Below, one piece after another: positions 7,212-14,968 of a stretch of 27,473 bases of DNA. The notes under the pieces were generated by a model. That model worked only from the letters and a program-made list of their open reading frames with translations. It was not told where the DNA came from and did not search any database. Numbering within the stretch: position 1 is the stretch's first letter; every line of letters starts with the position of its first letter. The translations under genes were made by a program, and so were the position numbers. Location of the stretch: the IMG/VR virus record IMGVR_UViG_3300037076_000037, positions 1-27,473 of that record; one strand, written 5' to 3'. The stretch comes from a virus (lineage: Duplodnaviria; Caudoviricetes).

Positions 7212-8903
7212 ATGAGCCTCGTTGACAAGCACCCCGAATTCGTCGAACGGTTGTCCGAATGGCTCCAGTTGAGCGACACCTATCAGGGCGAGCGCGCCGT
7301 CAAGGCAAAGCGGCTTGACTACCTTCCCGCTTGCGAGAGCATGGTGCAGGACGGAATGACGACGCCGAGTTCTCCGGGCTGGCGTGACTATGAGGCGTAT
7401 TTGATGCGCGCTTACTACCATGATGTCGTCAAGGAGGCCGTCAAGGCCATGGTCGGCATCATGCATAACAAGCCGGCCGTGATCACGCTGCCGCAGCGCC
7501 TCGCAGGCATGCTCGACAAAGCGACCATCCAAGGCGAAGGCCTTCAGATGTTGCTTCGCCGCATCAATGTATCGCAGCTCTTGTTCGGACGCTGCGGGCT
7601 GCTCGTGGACGCGCCGCAGGGCGTGGACGTGGACAAGGCGACGCCGTATCTGTCCTTTTACGAGCCCATGCGGATCATCAACTGGGACGCTGGGCGGCTC
7701 AATGAGGGCCGCAATATGCTTGATCTCGTCGTGCTCGATGAGAGCGGCTTCCGACGCGAAGGCTTCACGTGGAAGACCGAGCGTAAGTACCGCGTTCTGA
7801 CACGTGGCGGCCCGCAGAGCCTTGAAAGCGGATGGGCACGCCCGCCCGAAGGATCGGCCTATGCCGTCGCCGTGAAGGTCAACGATACGTCCATGCCCAT
7901 CATGGATGATTTTATTTACCCGTCGATCGGCGGACGCACTCTCGACGACGTTCCGTTCATTTTCATCGGGGCCAACGATCTTGTGCCGGAGCCCGAAGTA
8001 TCCCCGCTTCTCGGCTTGTCGAACCTCGCGCTCGCGATCTATCGCGCCGAGGCCGACTATCGTCAGACCTTGTTTGCGCAGGGTCAGGCTACACTCGTCG
8101 TTATCGGCGGGGCCACTGACGAAGCTACGCAGGGCGGCCAATTGCGCACCGGCTACAAAAGCGTCATCGATCTCCGTCTAAGCGGCGACGCGAAGTATAT
8201 CGCTGCCCCAGCTAGCGGCCTCGGCGAGATGCGGCAATCTCTCAAGAGCGACATTGACGCCGCTGCGCTTGCGGGCATCGCGTTCTTGGATGTAGGCAAC
8301 GCGCGTGGCGAGAGCGGCGAGGCTCTGCGCATCCGTGTCGCGGCGCGCACCACCACAATTTCAACCGTTGCTCAGTGCGCGGGAAAAGGGCTTGAACAGG
8401 CTCTCAGGTTTTGCGCGCAATGGGTTGGAGAGGACCCGAATGAAGTATCGGTCAAGCCGACCACGGACTTCGCCGATCAGACTGTCGCTGGCGCCGCGCT
8501 GCTCGCGTTCATGCAGGCCAAGCAGCTTGGATTACCCTTGTCGCTCCGTTCAATGCATCGCATGATGCATATGAACGACATGACGGAGATGGACTTTGAA
8601 GAAGAGAACCTTCAAATCGAGGCAGAGGCCGCTTCCATGTTGGGCTCTATGGTGGGTTGGGGCCAATCGGCCAGCGTCACCGATGATACTTTCTTGGATG
8701 AGGGCAATGATCCGGTTCCCGGTCCGCCGTCAGCAGGTGGCACAACTCCGCCGACACCGCCGGCTGACCCCGCCCCGCCCATCCCGCCAAATTCGAACGT
8801 GCCGATCAAGCCAACCGCTCGCGCAAAGGGCTTCACGCGCGGCTCGCCGGTGCCGCTGAAGCGCAAGGTCGGGGTTAAGGGCGCGAGTGCCGGGAAGAAA
8901 TAA
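7212..8903 (+). CDS. Portal protein (DUF4055-like)
   Basis: Follows terL; YLP...YEAYLMRA, GRCGLLVDAP, IINW, PLLGLSNLALAIYRAEADY and ESGEALRIR are typical of this portal group. Pro-rich, basic C-terminal tail. Confidence 0.9.
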   Translation: MSLVDKHPEFVERLSEWLQLSDTYQGERAVKAKRLDYLPACESMVQDGMTTPSSPGWRDYEAYLMRAYYHDVVKEAVKAMVGIMHNKPAVITLPQRLAGMLDKATIQGEGLQMLLRRINVSQLLFGRCGLLVDAPQGVDVDKATPYLSFYEPMRIINWDAGRLNEGRNMLDLVVLDESGFRREGFTWKTERKYRVLTRGGPQSLESGWARPPEGSAYAVAVKVNDTSMPIMDDFIYPSIGGRTLDDVPFIFIGANDLVPEPEVSPLLGLSNLALAIYRAEADYRQTLFAQGQATLVVIGGATDEATQGGQLRTGYKSVIDLRLSGDAKYIAAPASGLGEMRQSLKSDIDAAALAGIAFLDVGNARGESGEALRIRVAARTTTISTVAQCAGKGLEQALRFCAQWVGEDPNEVSVKPTTDFADQTVAGAALLAFMQAKQLGLPLSLRSMHRMMHMNDMTEMDFEEENLQIEAEAASMLGSMVGWGQSASVTDDTFLDEGNDPVPGPPSAGGTTPPTPPADPAPPIPPNSNVPIKPTARAKGFTRGSPVPLKRKVGVKGASAGKK

Positions 8904-9064
8904 TGGCTTTTGATCCGAACGAAGAGCGCGACCCGCATGGGCGGTGGACGCGTGGCGGTACCGTAGAGGTTCCCGGAGAGATCGCGCGGGCTATTGACCC
9001 GCGCGTGATCGACGTGAGCGGTGACGGTCAATCTCGCGGAAAGCCCGATTGGCACATCACATGA
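8903..9064 (+). CDS. 53-aa ORF MAFDPNEERDPHGRWT...; possible 5' fragment of a disrupted gene (not in ORF track)
   Basis: TAATG coupling to the portal stop. An FDPxxxRDxxGRWT-type motif, seen in phage head-associated and MuF-linked proteins. Confidence 0.65.
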   Translation: MAFDPNEERDPHGRWTRGGTVEVPGEIARAIDPRVIDVSGDGQSRGKPDWHIT

Positions 9065-9446
9065 AACTCAATCGGGGAAAACGATCACCAAAGTCAGCAA
9101 CGAGGATAGCGCGAGTGGGCATGCGCCCGGCGTTGGGACGTGGAAATACGCGCAGCCCAAAGAAACGCAATCGCGCATGGTGTTGCGCGCGGAAGTACCG
9201 CGCACCGCTGTCGTGTCCGTGCCGGCTTATGGCGTCAATGTGAAGAGCGAGCAAGAGGTCGTGGTCGCGGGCGCGGCATGGAAAGGCTGGGACGCTTGGT
9301 CCGGCCGCGCACCGACCTTCGAAGAGGTCCCGATGCATACAACGGCGGCGGCTGTAGCGGCGACGAAAGAGGCTAAGTTGGCGAAGCTGGATAAAGAAAT
9401 CGAAGAGCAGAAAATTTACGACGCACTGAAGAACCCCCAGTCATGA
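9018..9446 (+). pseudogene. 3' fragment of an ADP-ribosyltransferase-like gene
   Basis: Frame opens after a TGA at 9015-9017 with only a weak GTG start. VLRAEVP...SEQEVVV resembles the ExE catalytic end of R-S-E clade ARTs. ATGA-coupled to the next gene. Confidence 0.45.
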
Positions 9447-10129
9447 CCCTGAAAATCGATCTCAATAATCTACCGGGCAACCCCAGCCCCCTCGGCGACC
9501 CCCATTGGCTTTCAGGCTCGGGGAAGGTTGACCGTGCGGGTATTCACAAGCGCTTGCGAGATGCGCATCTGGCGGAGATCAAGGCACGTCCGCGTAACCC
9601 TGTGCGGCCGGAGACGGCGGCCAAGCTGGAGGCCGCGTCAGCGCACGCCAAGAAGACAGAGCAAGCGCGGCTCGTCAGGGTTTGGACCGCTGCGATCAGC
9701 GTCATTGATCGCACTGAGCCGAGGCTTCGCGATCTCATTGAGCGCGAGCTACTCGACGTGGCCGGCATCGATCATACGCGCGTCGGTGACGCGATGCTTG
9801 CAACTAGGGACCTCATGAAGACCATCGTGCCTATCAGGATCAAAGCGATCAAGACAGCATTCCGGTACGTCCGCGATAAGCTCGGCGATCCGAAGCTCAT
9901 GGGCCACTCATTGGCGATCTGGGCCAGCTCTATCGCGGATGCCGACGCGCACCATATCGAAACGGCAATCCGGACCGGACTGCTCAGCGGCCTTGAGAAT
10001 ACAGAAGTTGCGCGACAGGTCGTCGGCAGTCAGCGCCTCGCGGGCGTGGACGGCGTCACTGAGATCACGCGGAGGCATATCACGGCTTTGGCTAGGGTTA
10101 CGCTTAAACGACGTAAGGTCGGATCATGA
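9443..10129 (+). CDS. MuF-like minor head (head morphogenesis) protein, short form
   Basis: Lies between portal and scaffold. IETAIRTGLLSG...VARQVVG...DGV..ITRRHITALAR matches the MuF N-proximal region; the usual Cys/His-containing C-terminal MuF motifs are absent. Confidence 0.55.
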   Translation: MTLKIDLNNLPGNPSPLGDPHWLSGSGKVDRAGIHKRLRDAHLAEIKARPRNPVRPETAAKLEAASAHAKKTEQARLVRVWTAAISVIDRTEPRLRDLIERELLDVAGIDHTRVGDAMLATRDLMKTIVPIRIKAIKTAFRYVRDKLGDPKLMGHSLAIWASSIADADAHHIETAIRTGLLSGLENTEVARQVVGSQRLAGVDGVTEITRRHITALARVTLKRRKVGS

Positions 10130-10824
10130 CTGAGATGAAGCGAACGCGTGCCCCTCACTTTACTGATCAGTCTCCGGAGGCGAGGCGCGAACGCGCTCGC
10201 GTGCGTGATCGTGCGCGAGATCAGACGCCGGAGCGTAGGGCAGCGCAGCTCGCGCGGTCACGAACACCAAGGGTTAAGGCGCTAGCACGAGCGTACAATC
10301 AGACGCCGAGGGCAATGGCGGCGGACCGGGCATACCATAAGACACCAAAGGCCAAGGCAGCGGCGCTCGCGCGGTCGCGAACTCCAGAATACAAGGCGGT
10401 GCACCGGGCGTATATGCAGACGCCGGAAGGAGTAGCAAAGACCGCTGCTAATCTATACAAGATGCCGATTGAAATCCCAGATCGTTCGCGCCCCGAGAAT
10501 TGTGAGTGTTGCGGCGAGACCCCAGATAAGACCCTGCACTTTGATCACTGCCACGCTACGGGCCGCTTTCGAGGATGGTGCTGTCAGCCATGCAACAACG
10601 GCGCTGGTATCATGGATGATCCGAAACGCTTGCGATTGCGAGCACTCTATGTTGAGCGCCCGTTTCAGCCCGGCCCTATCAACTGGGCGTACCCAGCGCC
10701 TAGATATTTTGCACCTTGCGCGTGTCACGCTCAAACGGCGGACGCGCGCCTGACCCAAACCCGCATGCGCGGGGCTCGCTCGGATGTCCGGTCGGGTGAA
10801 TACAGGAGTACCATGCTATGTTGA
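10126..10824 (+). CDS. Endonuclease VII-like (His-Me finger) free-standing homing-type endonuclease with N-terminal repeats
   Basis: CECCG...LHFDHCHATGRFRGWCCQPCN is the EndoVII signature; codon usage differs from the flanking genes. Confidence 0.85.
   Translation: MTEMKRTRAPHFTDQSPEARRERARVRDRARDQTPERRAAQLARSRTPRVKALARAYNQTPRAMAADRAYHKTPKAKAAALARSRTPEYKAVHRAYMQTPEGVAKTAANLYKMPIEIPDRSRPENCECCGETPDKTLHFDHCHATGRFRGWCCQPCNNGAGIMDDPKRLRLRALYVERPFQPGPINWAYPAPRYFAPCACHAQTADARLTQTRMRGARSDVRSGEYRSTMLC
10222..10455 (+). repeat. Six 13-aa (39-nt) tandem repeats in the endonuclease N-terminus
   Basis: QTPERRAAQLARS / RTPRVKALARAYN / QTPRAMAADRAYH / KTPKAKAAALARS / RTPEYKAVHRAYM / QTPEGVAKTAANL. Confidence 0.85.
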
Positions 10825-11669
10825 AGACCATCTACGATACGGCCGAGGAAATCCCGGAAGGCTATGCCGAACTTTATACGGAGCGGAATGGCAAGTGGGA
10901 GCTGACTGGCATTCAGGGCGTGAAGACGCAAGCTGATGTCGAGCGCGTACAGGAAGCGCTCCGCAAAGAGAAGGCGGATCACAAGCTCGCCAAGGCCGCG
11001 TTCGCGCCGTTCGAGGGGCTTGATCCCGAAGTCATCCACGCGCAGGCGACTGAGCTGGAAGAGACCAAGGCTCAGCTCGACGCCATCAAGAAAGATGGTA
11101 CGATCGACGAGACCAAGCTGGAGCCGATCATCACGGCTCGGCTCAAGCAGATCACCGCTCCGATGGATCGTGATCGGCTCGCTCTTGAGCGTCGGCTCGA
11201 AGCGCAGCAGAAGCTTACGGCCGAGAAGGATGGTGAGGTCACCACTCTCCGCACGTCCATCACCACCGGCAACATCGAACGCGCCATCCGGGATGCAGCA
11301 GTGGGGGCTACGATTTACCCCACGGCGGTTTCGGACGCTGTCCTTCAAGGTAGCCGCGTGTTCGAAATGACCGAAGACGGTCGGGTCATCACAAAGGACG
11401 TTCCGGGAGTTGTCCCCGGCCTGACCCCCAAGGAGTGGTTCAAGGACATGCAGGAGAAGGCCCCGCATTGGTGGCCGATTTCGGTTGGTGGCGGCTCGCG
11501 TGGCGGTCCCGGCGCTCCGCTGGGGCGGGCCAATAACCCGTGGTCAAAGGAAGCTTGGAACATGACCAAGCAGGGCGCGTACCTGAAGGAGTACGGCGAG
11601 GAGAAGGCCAAGGTGTTGGCCGAAAGCGTCGGTTCGCACATCGGCGCGACCAAGCCTACCGTAGCCTGA
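10818..11669 (+). CDS. Capsid scaffolding protein
   Basis: AGGAG RBS; long coiled coil; C-terminal GGG...NPWSKEAWNMTKQG motif typical of scaffolds; position between portal and capsid genes. Confidence 0.8.
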   Translation: MLKTIYDTAEEIPEGYAELYTERNGKWELTGIQGVKTQADVERVQEALRKEKADHKLAKAAFAPFEGLDPEVIHAQATELEETKAQLDAIKKDGTIDETKLEPIITARLKQITAPMDRDRLALERRLEAQQKLTAEKDGEVTTLRTSITTGNIERAIRDAAVGATIYPTAVSDAVLQGSRVFEMTEDGRVITKDVPGVVPGLTPKEWFKDMQEKAPHWWPISVGGGSRGGPGAPLGRANNPWSKEAWNMTKQGAYLKEYGEEKAKVLAESVGSHIGATKPTVA

Positions 11670-11699
11670 CGCCTTCGCCAACTGTCAGTAGTAACGCAT

Positions 11700-11732
11700 G
11701 CGCGCCGTGTCTATGATACGGCGCGCTTTTCT
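11700..11732 (+). terminator. Rho-independent terminator after the scaffold gene
   Basis: GCGCGCCGTGTC-tat-GATACGGCGCGC followed by TTTTCT. Confidence 0.7.
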
Positions 11733-11749
11733 CTATCAAGGATTTCCTC

Positions 11750-12133
11750 ATGATCTTGTCTCGCACTTATGCGTCGCGATCGGAAATCCCGCGCGGAGCT
11801 GAAGCACTCTACGTGCCGACCGGAAGTCTATTCATCCTGCGCGGGGCGAAGCGCGACTTCGTTGCGGACAATCCGTGGGAGGCCGACAACTGGAATTTGA
11901 CAGCACAAGGTCGCTTCATCGCTGAGCATGGCGCGAAGTTCGCTGAGGCGTTCGCGAGAAACATGGGGACTAAGATCGGCGGTCTCCGCCCGCGTGCCAC
12001 TATCGCCGGCCAGTATGCACCCATTCCCAAATCCAACTTCACTGTGATCGTGCAGCGCAAGGGTACGATCGCGCCGGTTGGCGGCGGCGGTCTCATTGGA
12101 GCGGGATCGAGCGGAAGCGGAGCACCAAAATAA
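11750..12133 (+). CDS. Mini-scaffold paralogue (scaffold N- and C-terminal motifs without the coiled coil)
   Basis: YASRSEIPRGAEALY matches YDTAEEIPEGYAELY, and NPWEADNWNLTAQG...GTKIG matches NPWSKEAWNMTKQG...GSHIG of the adjacent scaffold. Confidence 0.8.
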   Translation: MILSRTYASRSEIPRGAEALYVPTGSLFILRGAKRDFVADNPWEADNWNLTAQGRFIAEHGAKFAEAFARNMGTKIGGLRPRATIAGQYAPIPKSNFTVIVQRKGTIAPVGGGGLIGAGSSGSGAPK

Positions 12134-12612
12134 TGGGCCTGATTTATCCGCTGGTAAACGGCGAGTTCTATATCGACAACGATACCGACTACCTTTGGCT
12201 ACGCGAGGACGCCGCGTGGACCAAGAAGGGCAAGCTTGTACGTGCCAACGTGGTCGGCTTGTGGACTGAAGGGCCATTTCCGTATACGGACTTTCAGGCA
12301 TTCGAACTCGCGCGCAGCGAAACGTCTTATCGGCTCTACTCGCCGTTCAGCGATGCGCGAAGCTACGTCATTGGGAACTATCCGACAGCGGCGAACCTCG
12401 ACGTGATCTTGACGAACGACCTCGGCGGCTTCCTGCAATCGGGACGCGGCGTCGTGTGCGTAGCACACTTTACGCCCGCTTCTCAGATCGCGACGCTGAC
12501 GTTCACCGATACGATCATCCCCGCGTTCGCGCCGCTCTGGATTATTCTGCCCAGTGCGGCTGACATCACGTTCGCTGGGCTCCAGTGCATCTTCGGGGGA
12601 GAGCCCGTATGA
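12133..12612 (+). CDS. Putative virion structural protein
   Basis: TAATG coupling; NGEFYIDNDTDYLW...W motif like fibre-associated modules; beta-rich C-terminus. Confidence 0.7.
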   Translation: MGLIYPLVNGEFYIDNDTDYLWLREDAAWTKKGKLVRANVVGLWTEGPFPYTDFQAFELARSETSYRLYSPFSDARSYVIGNYPTAANLDVILTNDLGGFLQSGRGVVCVAHFTPASQIATLTFTDTIIPAFAPLWIILPSAADITFAGLQCIFGGEPV

Positions 12613-14231
12613 CCATTGCACTCACGTCATCGGGCCAAGGCGGTTTCGCCGCCGCGTCTTCGGGTAGCGTGACGCTGCCGAGCGCGCTCGCGGGCGACTT
12701 CCTTGTTATGGTGGTTTCGACCGAGAACACCACCACACGTTCAGTGTCCTCGATCACGGGCGCGGGACTGACGTGGACGAGCCAAGCCTCAAACTCTGGC
12801 ACGACGGTCAAGGGCAACGGCTCCGTCTGGACCGCGCGTGCAACGGGTGCGCTGACTTCTCAGGCGTTCACCGTGACCCTAACTGGGTCCACGGACGCTT
12901 GCGCGATCAATATCGATGCGTTCAGCGGCGTCGCCACCACGACCCCCGTCTACAATGTCGCAAGCTCCATAGAGGACAGTGGCACCGCTGGAGCCCCGAC
13001 CCATAACAGCAACGCGGTCTCCAACGCGAATGACGCGCTGCTCGGTGCGTTCATGGGTCGCCGAACCCAGTGCTCGCTGGGCACGGGCTACACCGAGGCG
13101 GGGCACTTCACACAGGCGGGCGCGAGTTTCAGCGCGGCGGTTTACACGGAGTTCAAATTCCCCGGCGTGGGCTCTTTCAATCAGGTATTTGGTGGGTCGC
13201 TCGCGTGGTGGGTTGACACTGCGCTAGTGCTGACGGCTGCGGTCATCATCACCGGTACCGCGACGACTAGCCTGACCAAGGCATCACAGGTCGGGGCCGG
13301 AAAAACGACAGCCCTGACTGGCACCATCACGACGGCACTGACCAAGGCGAGCATCTCAGCGACAAGTGCAGAGAAATTCACCGGCACCCTCGCAACGCAT
13401 CTTACCCAAGCGTCGCTGAGCGCGATCGGTGTCATGGAGCCAAAGGGCACCATCACGACGGCGCTGACCAAGGTCAGCATGTCGGCTGCGGGTGGAGAAG
13501 GTCTCACCGGCACCATCGCGACACACCTGACGAAGGTCAGCATGGCGGCGACGGATGTAGAGAGCTTCATCGGCACCATCACGACGCGCTTGACGAAAAT
13601 CAGCATGTTGGCATCAGAGGCCGAGAGCTTCACTGGCGCGATCACGACGGCGCTGACTAAGGCCAGCATGGTGGCGGCGGGCGGAAACGTGGTGTCCGGC
13701 GCGATCAACACCGCGCTGAAAAGCGTGGCGCAGACAGTAGCCGGATTTGAGACGTATCATCAGATCAGGACGAACCTCGTTGGAATTTCTCAGGCTGCGG
13801 TCGGTCTCATGGGGCCGAGCGGCACGATCTCTATGAGCCTGCAAGGGTTCAACGGCGTAGCGCCACGACGCCACTTCGCGGCTGCGGCGCAGGTTATCTT
13901 CACCGGCGCTATCGTCACCAATGTTGATAGTTTGGCAGCGATCACAATCCATGCCATTACCCAAGAAGTATTCATAGGCCACATCGTCACCAATCTGACG
14001 CCGATGAACTTCGCGCAGTCTCTCGTCGCAGACGAGATCATGCAGGGGACGGTCCATACTCGGTTGGGTAACGCATCCGGTCAGATCGTCGCGAACGTTG
14101 TGCAAGCCCTGTTGATCATCTCGGGACCAATCGTGATGGCTCTTCCGCCGTTCCGCCCCATCATACTCGGGGCGTTGCTCGGCTCGCCGGGAGCGGGCAA
14201 GTGGTATTCGTGGCGTTACACGGACAGCTAA
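12609..14231 (+). CDS. Thr/Ala/Gly-rich fibre-like virion protein with 21-aa repeats
   Basis: ATGA overlap gives the start at 12609. Beta-rich N-terminal domain, then repeats with consensus TGTITTxLTKxSxxA. Confidence 0.8.
   Translation: MTIALTSSGQGGFAAASSGSVTLPSALAGDFLVMVVSTENTTTRSVSSITGAGLTWTSQASNSGTTVKGNGSVWTARATGALTSQAFTVTLTGSTDACAINIDAFSGVATTTPVYNVASSIEDSGTAGAPTHNSNAVSNANDALLGAFMGRRTQCSLGTGYTEAGHFTQAGASFSAAVYTEFKFPGVGSFNQVFGGSLAWWVDTALVLTAAVIITGTATTSLTKASQVGAGKTTALTGTITTALTKASISATSAEKFTGTLATHLTQASLSAIGVMEPKGTITTALTKVSMSAAGGEGLTGTIATHLTKVSMAATDVESFIGTITTRLTKISMLASEAESFTGAITTALTKASMVAAGGNVVSGAINTALKSVAQTVAGFETYHQIRTNLVGISQAAVGLMGPSGTISMSLQGFNGVAPRRHFAAAAQVIFTGAIVTNVDSLAAITIHAITQEVFIGHIVTNLTPMNFAQSLVADEIMQGTVHTRLGNASGQIVANVVQALLIISGPIVMALPPFRPIILGALLGSPGAGKWYSWRYTDS
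13251..13760 (+). repeat. About eight clear 21-22-aa tandem repeats (about 63 nt), with degenerate copies further downstream
   Basis: For example TGTITTALTKASISATSAEKF, KGTITTALTKVSMSAAGGEGL, TGAITTALTKASMVAAGGNVV. Confidence 0.85.
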
Positions 14232-14284
14232 ACCGAGGTCTCAGCTATCTCGCCTCACCAACCCCAAGACAAGGAGAATTTTCT

Positions 14285-14728
14285 ATGGCTGCTAATCCAA
14301 TGGTCTCAATGCTCTCTGCGCGTGCCGCGCTCGACGCGCTGCTTGCGAAGCTGAATGTGGGCGGCACTGCCGGCCACATCAAAATCTTCTCGGGCGCTAT
14401 GCCCGCGACTTGCGAAACGGCGGACAGCGGAACGCTGCTCTCGACGTTGACGCTCAGCGTCACGTCGTTTGCGGGTGCGACTGACCCCGGCACGACCGGC
14501 CTTGCCACGGCGACCGCCAACGCTATCACGTCCGATAGCAGCGCGGCAGCAACCGGCACCGCCGGATACTTCCGCGCCTATGACAGCGCGGGCGTCTGCA
14601 TCGCACAGGGTACGGTCGGCACTTCGGCCGCCGACATGATCCTGAACACGACCTCCATCGTGACCGCTGCTACCGTCGCGATCACGAGCTGGGTCGTCAC
14701 GCTGCCGGACGGTTCGGCGGCTGACTAA
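14285..14728 (+). CDS. Small virion structural protein (possible fibre or filament subunit)
   Basis: Strong AAGGAGA RBS, ATG at 14285. IKIFSGAMP...GTLLSTLTL...ATGTAGYFR...QGTVG is a pattern common in phage structural proteins. Confidence 0.8.
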   Translation: MAANPMVSMLSARAALDALLAKLNVGGTAGHIKIFSGAMPATCETADSGTLLSTLTLSVTSFAGATDPGTTGLATATANAITSDSSAAATGTAGYFRAYDSAGVCIAQGTVGTSAADMILNTTSIVTAATVAITSWVVTLPDGSAAD

Positions 14729-14736
14729 GCGACAAA

Positions 14737-14768
14737 CTCTGGCCCCGGACTTCTGCCCGGGGCCAGAG
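14737..14768. terminator. Strong hairpin between the fibre block and the capsid promoter
   Basis: CTCTGGCCCCGG-loop-CCGGGGCCAGAG flanked by A-runs; no + strand U-tract, so direction is uncertain. Confidence 0.5.
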
Positions 14769-14793
14769 AAAAATTAGGAGAAATGGTTTGCGA

Positions 14794-14832
14794 TAATTCC
14801 CAGTTGTTCTTCTAAATTTCATGGGCTATTCT
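14794..14832 (+). promoter_or_regulatory. Phage late-type promoter, copy 3 (TAATTCCCAG-TTGTTC-N17-TATTCT), upstream of the major capsid gene
   Basis: Matches the four-copy motif. Confidence 0.75.
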
Positions 14833-14968
14833 CCCATCACGATTTGCAGTGACTTCGTTTCCCCGCATGAGCGGGATGCCGCGAAATTCCACTGTGCGAT
14901 TTCTACCAAGGCTCTCCATGGGGAGATGCTGAAACGCTTCCCCACTCATTCACCACTGGAGAGTAACC

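Noticed and set aside
10126-10824. Endonuclease as part of a group I intron in the MuF-like gene
   Set aside because: The ORF is ATGA-coupled to a complete upstream gene, and I see no room or motifs for an intron core.
13251-13760. Periodic DNA repeats as a possible CRISPR array or DGR template
   Set aside because: They are degenerate in-frame coding repeats that vary at synonymous positions, with no spacers, cas genes or reverse transcriptase.
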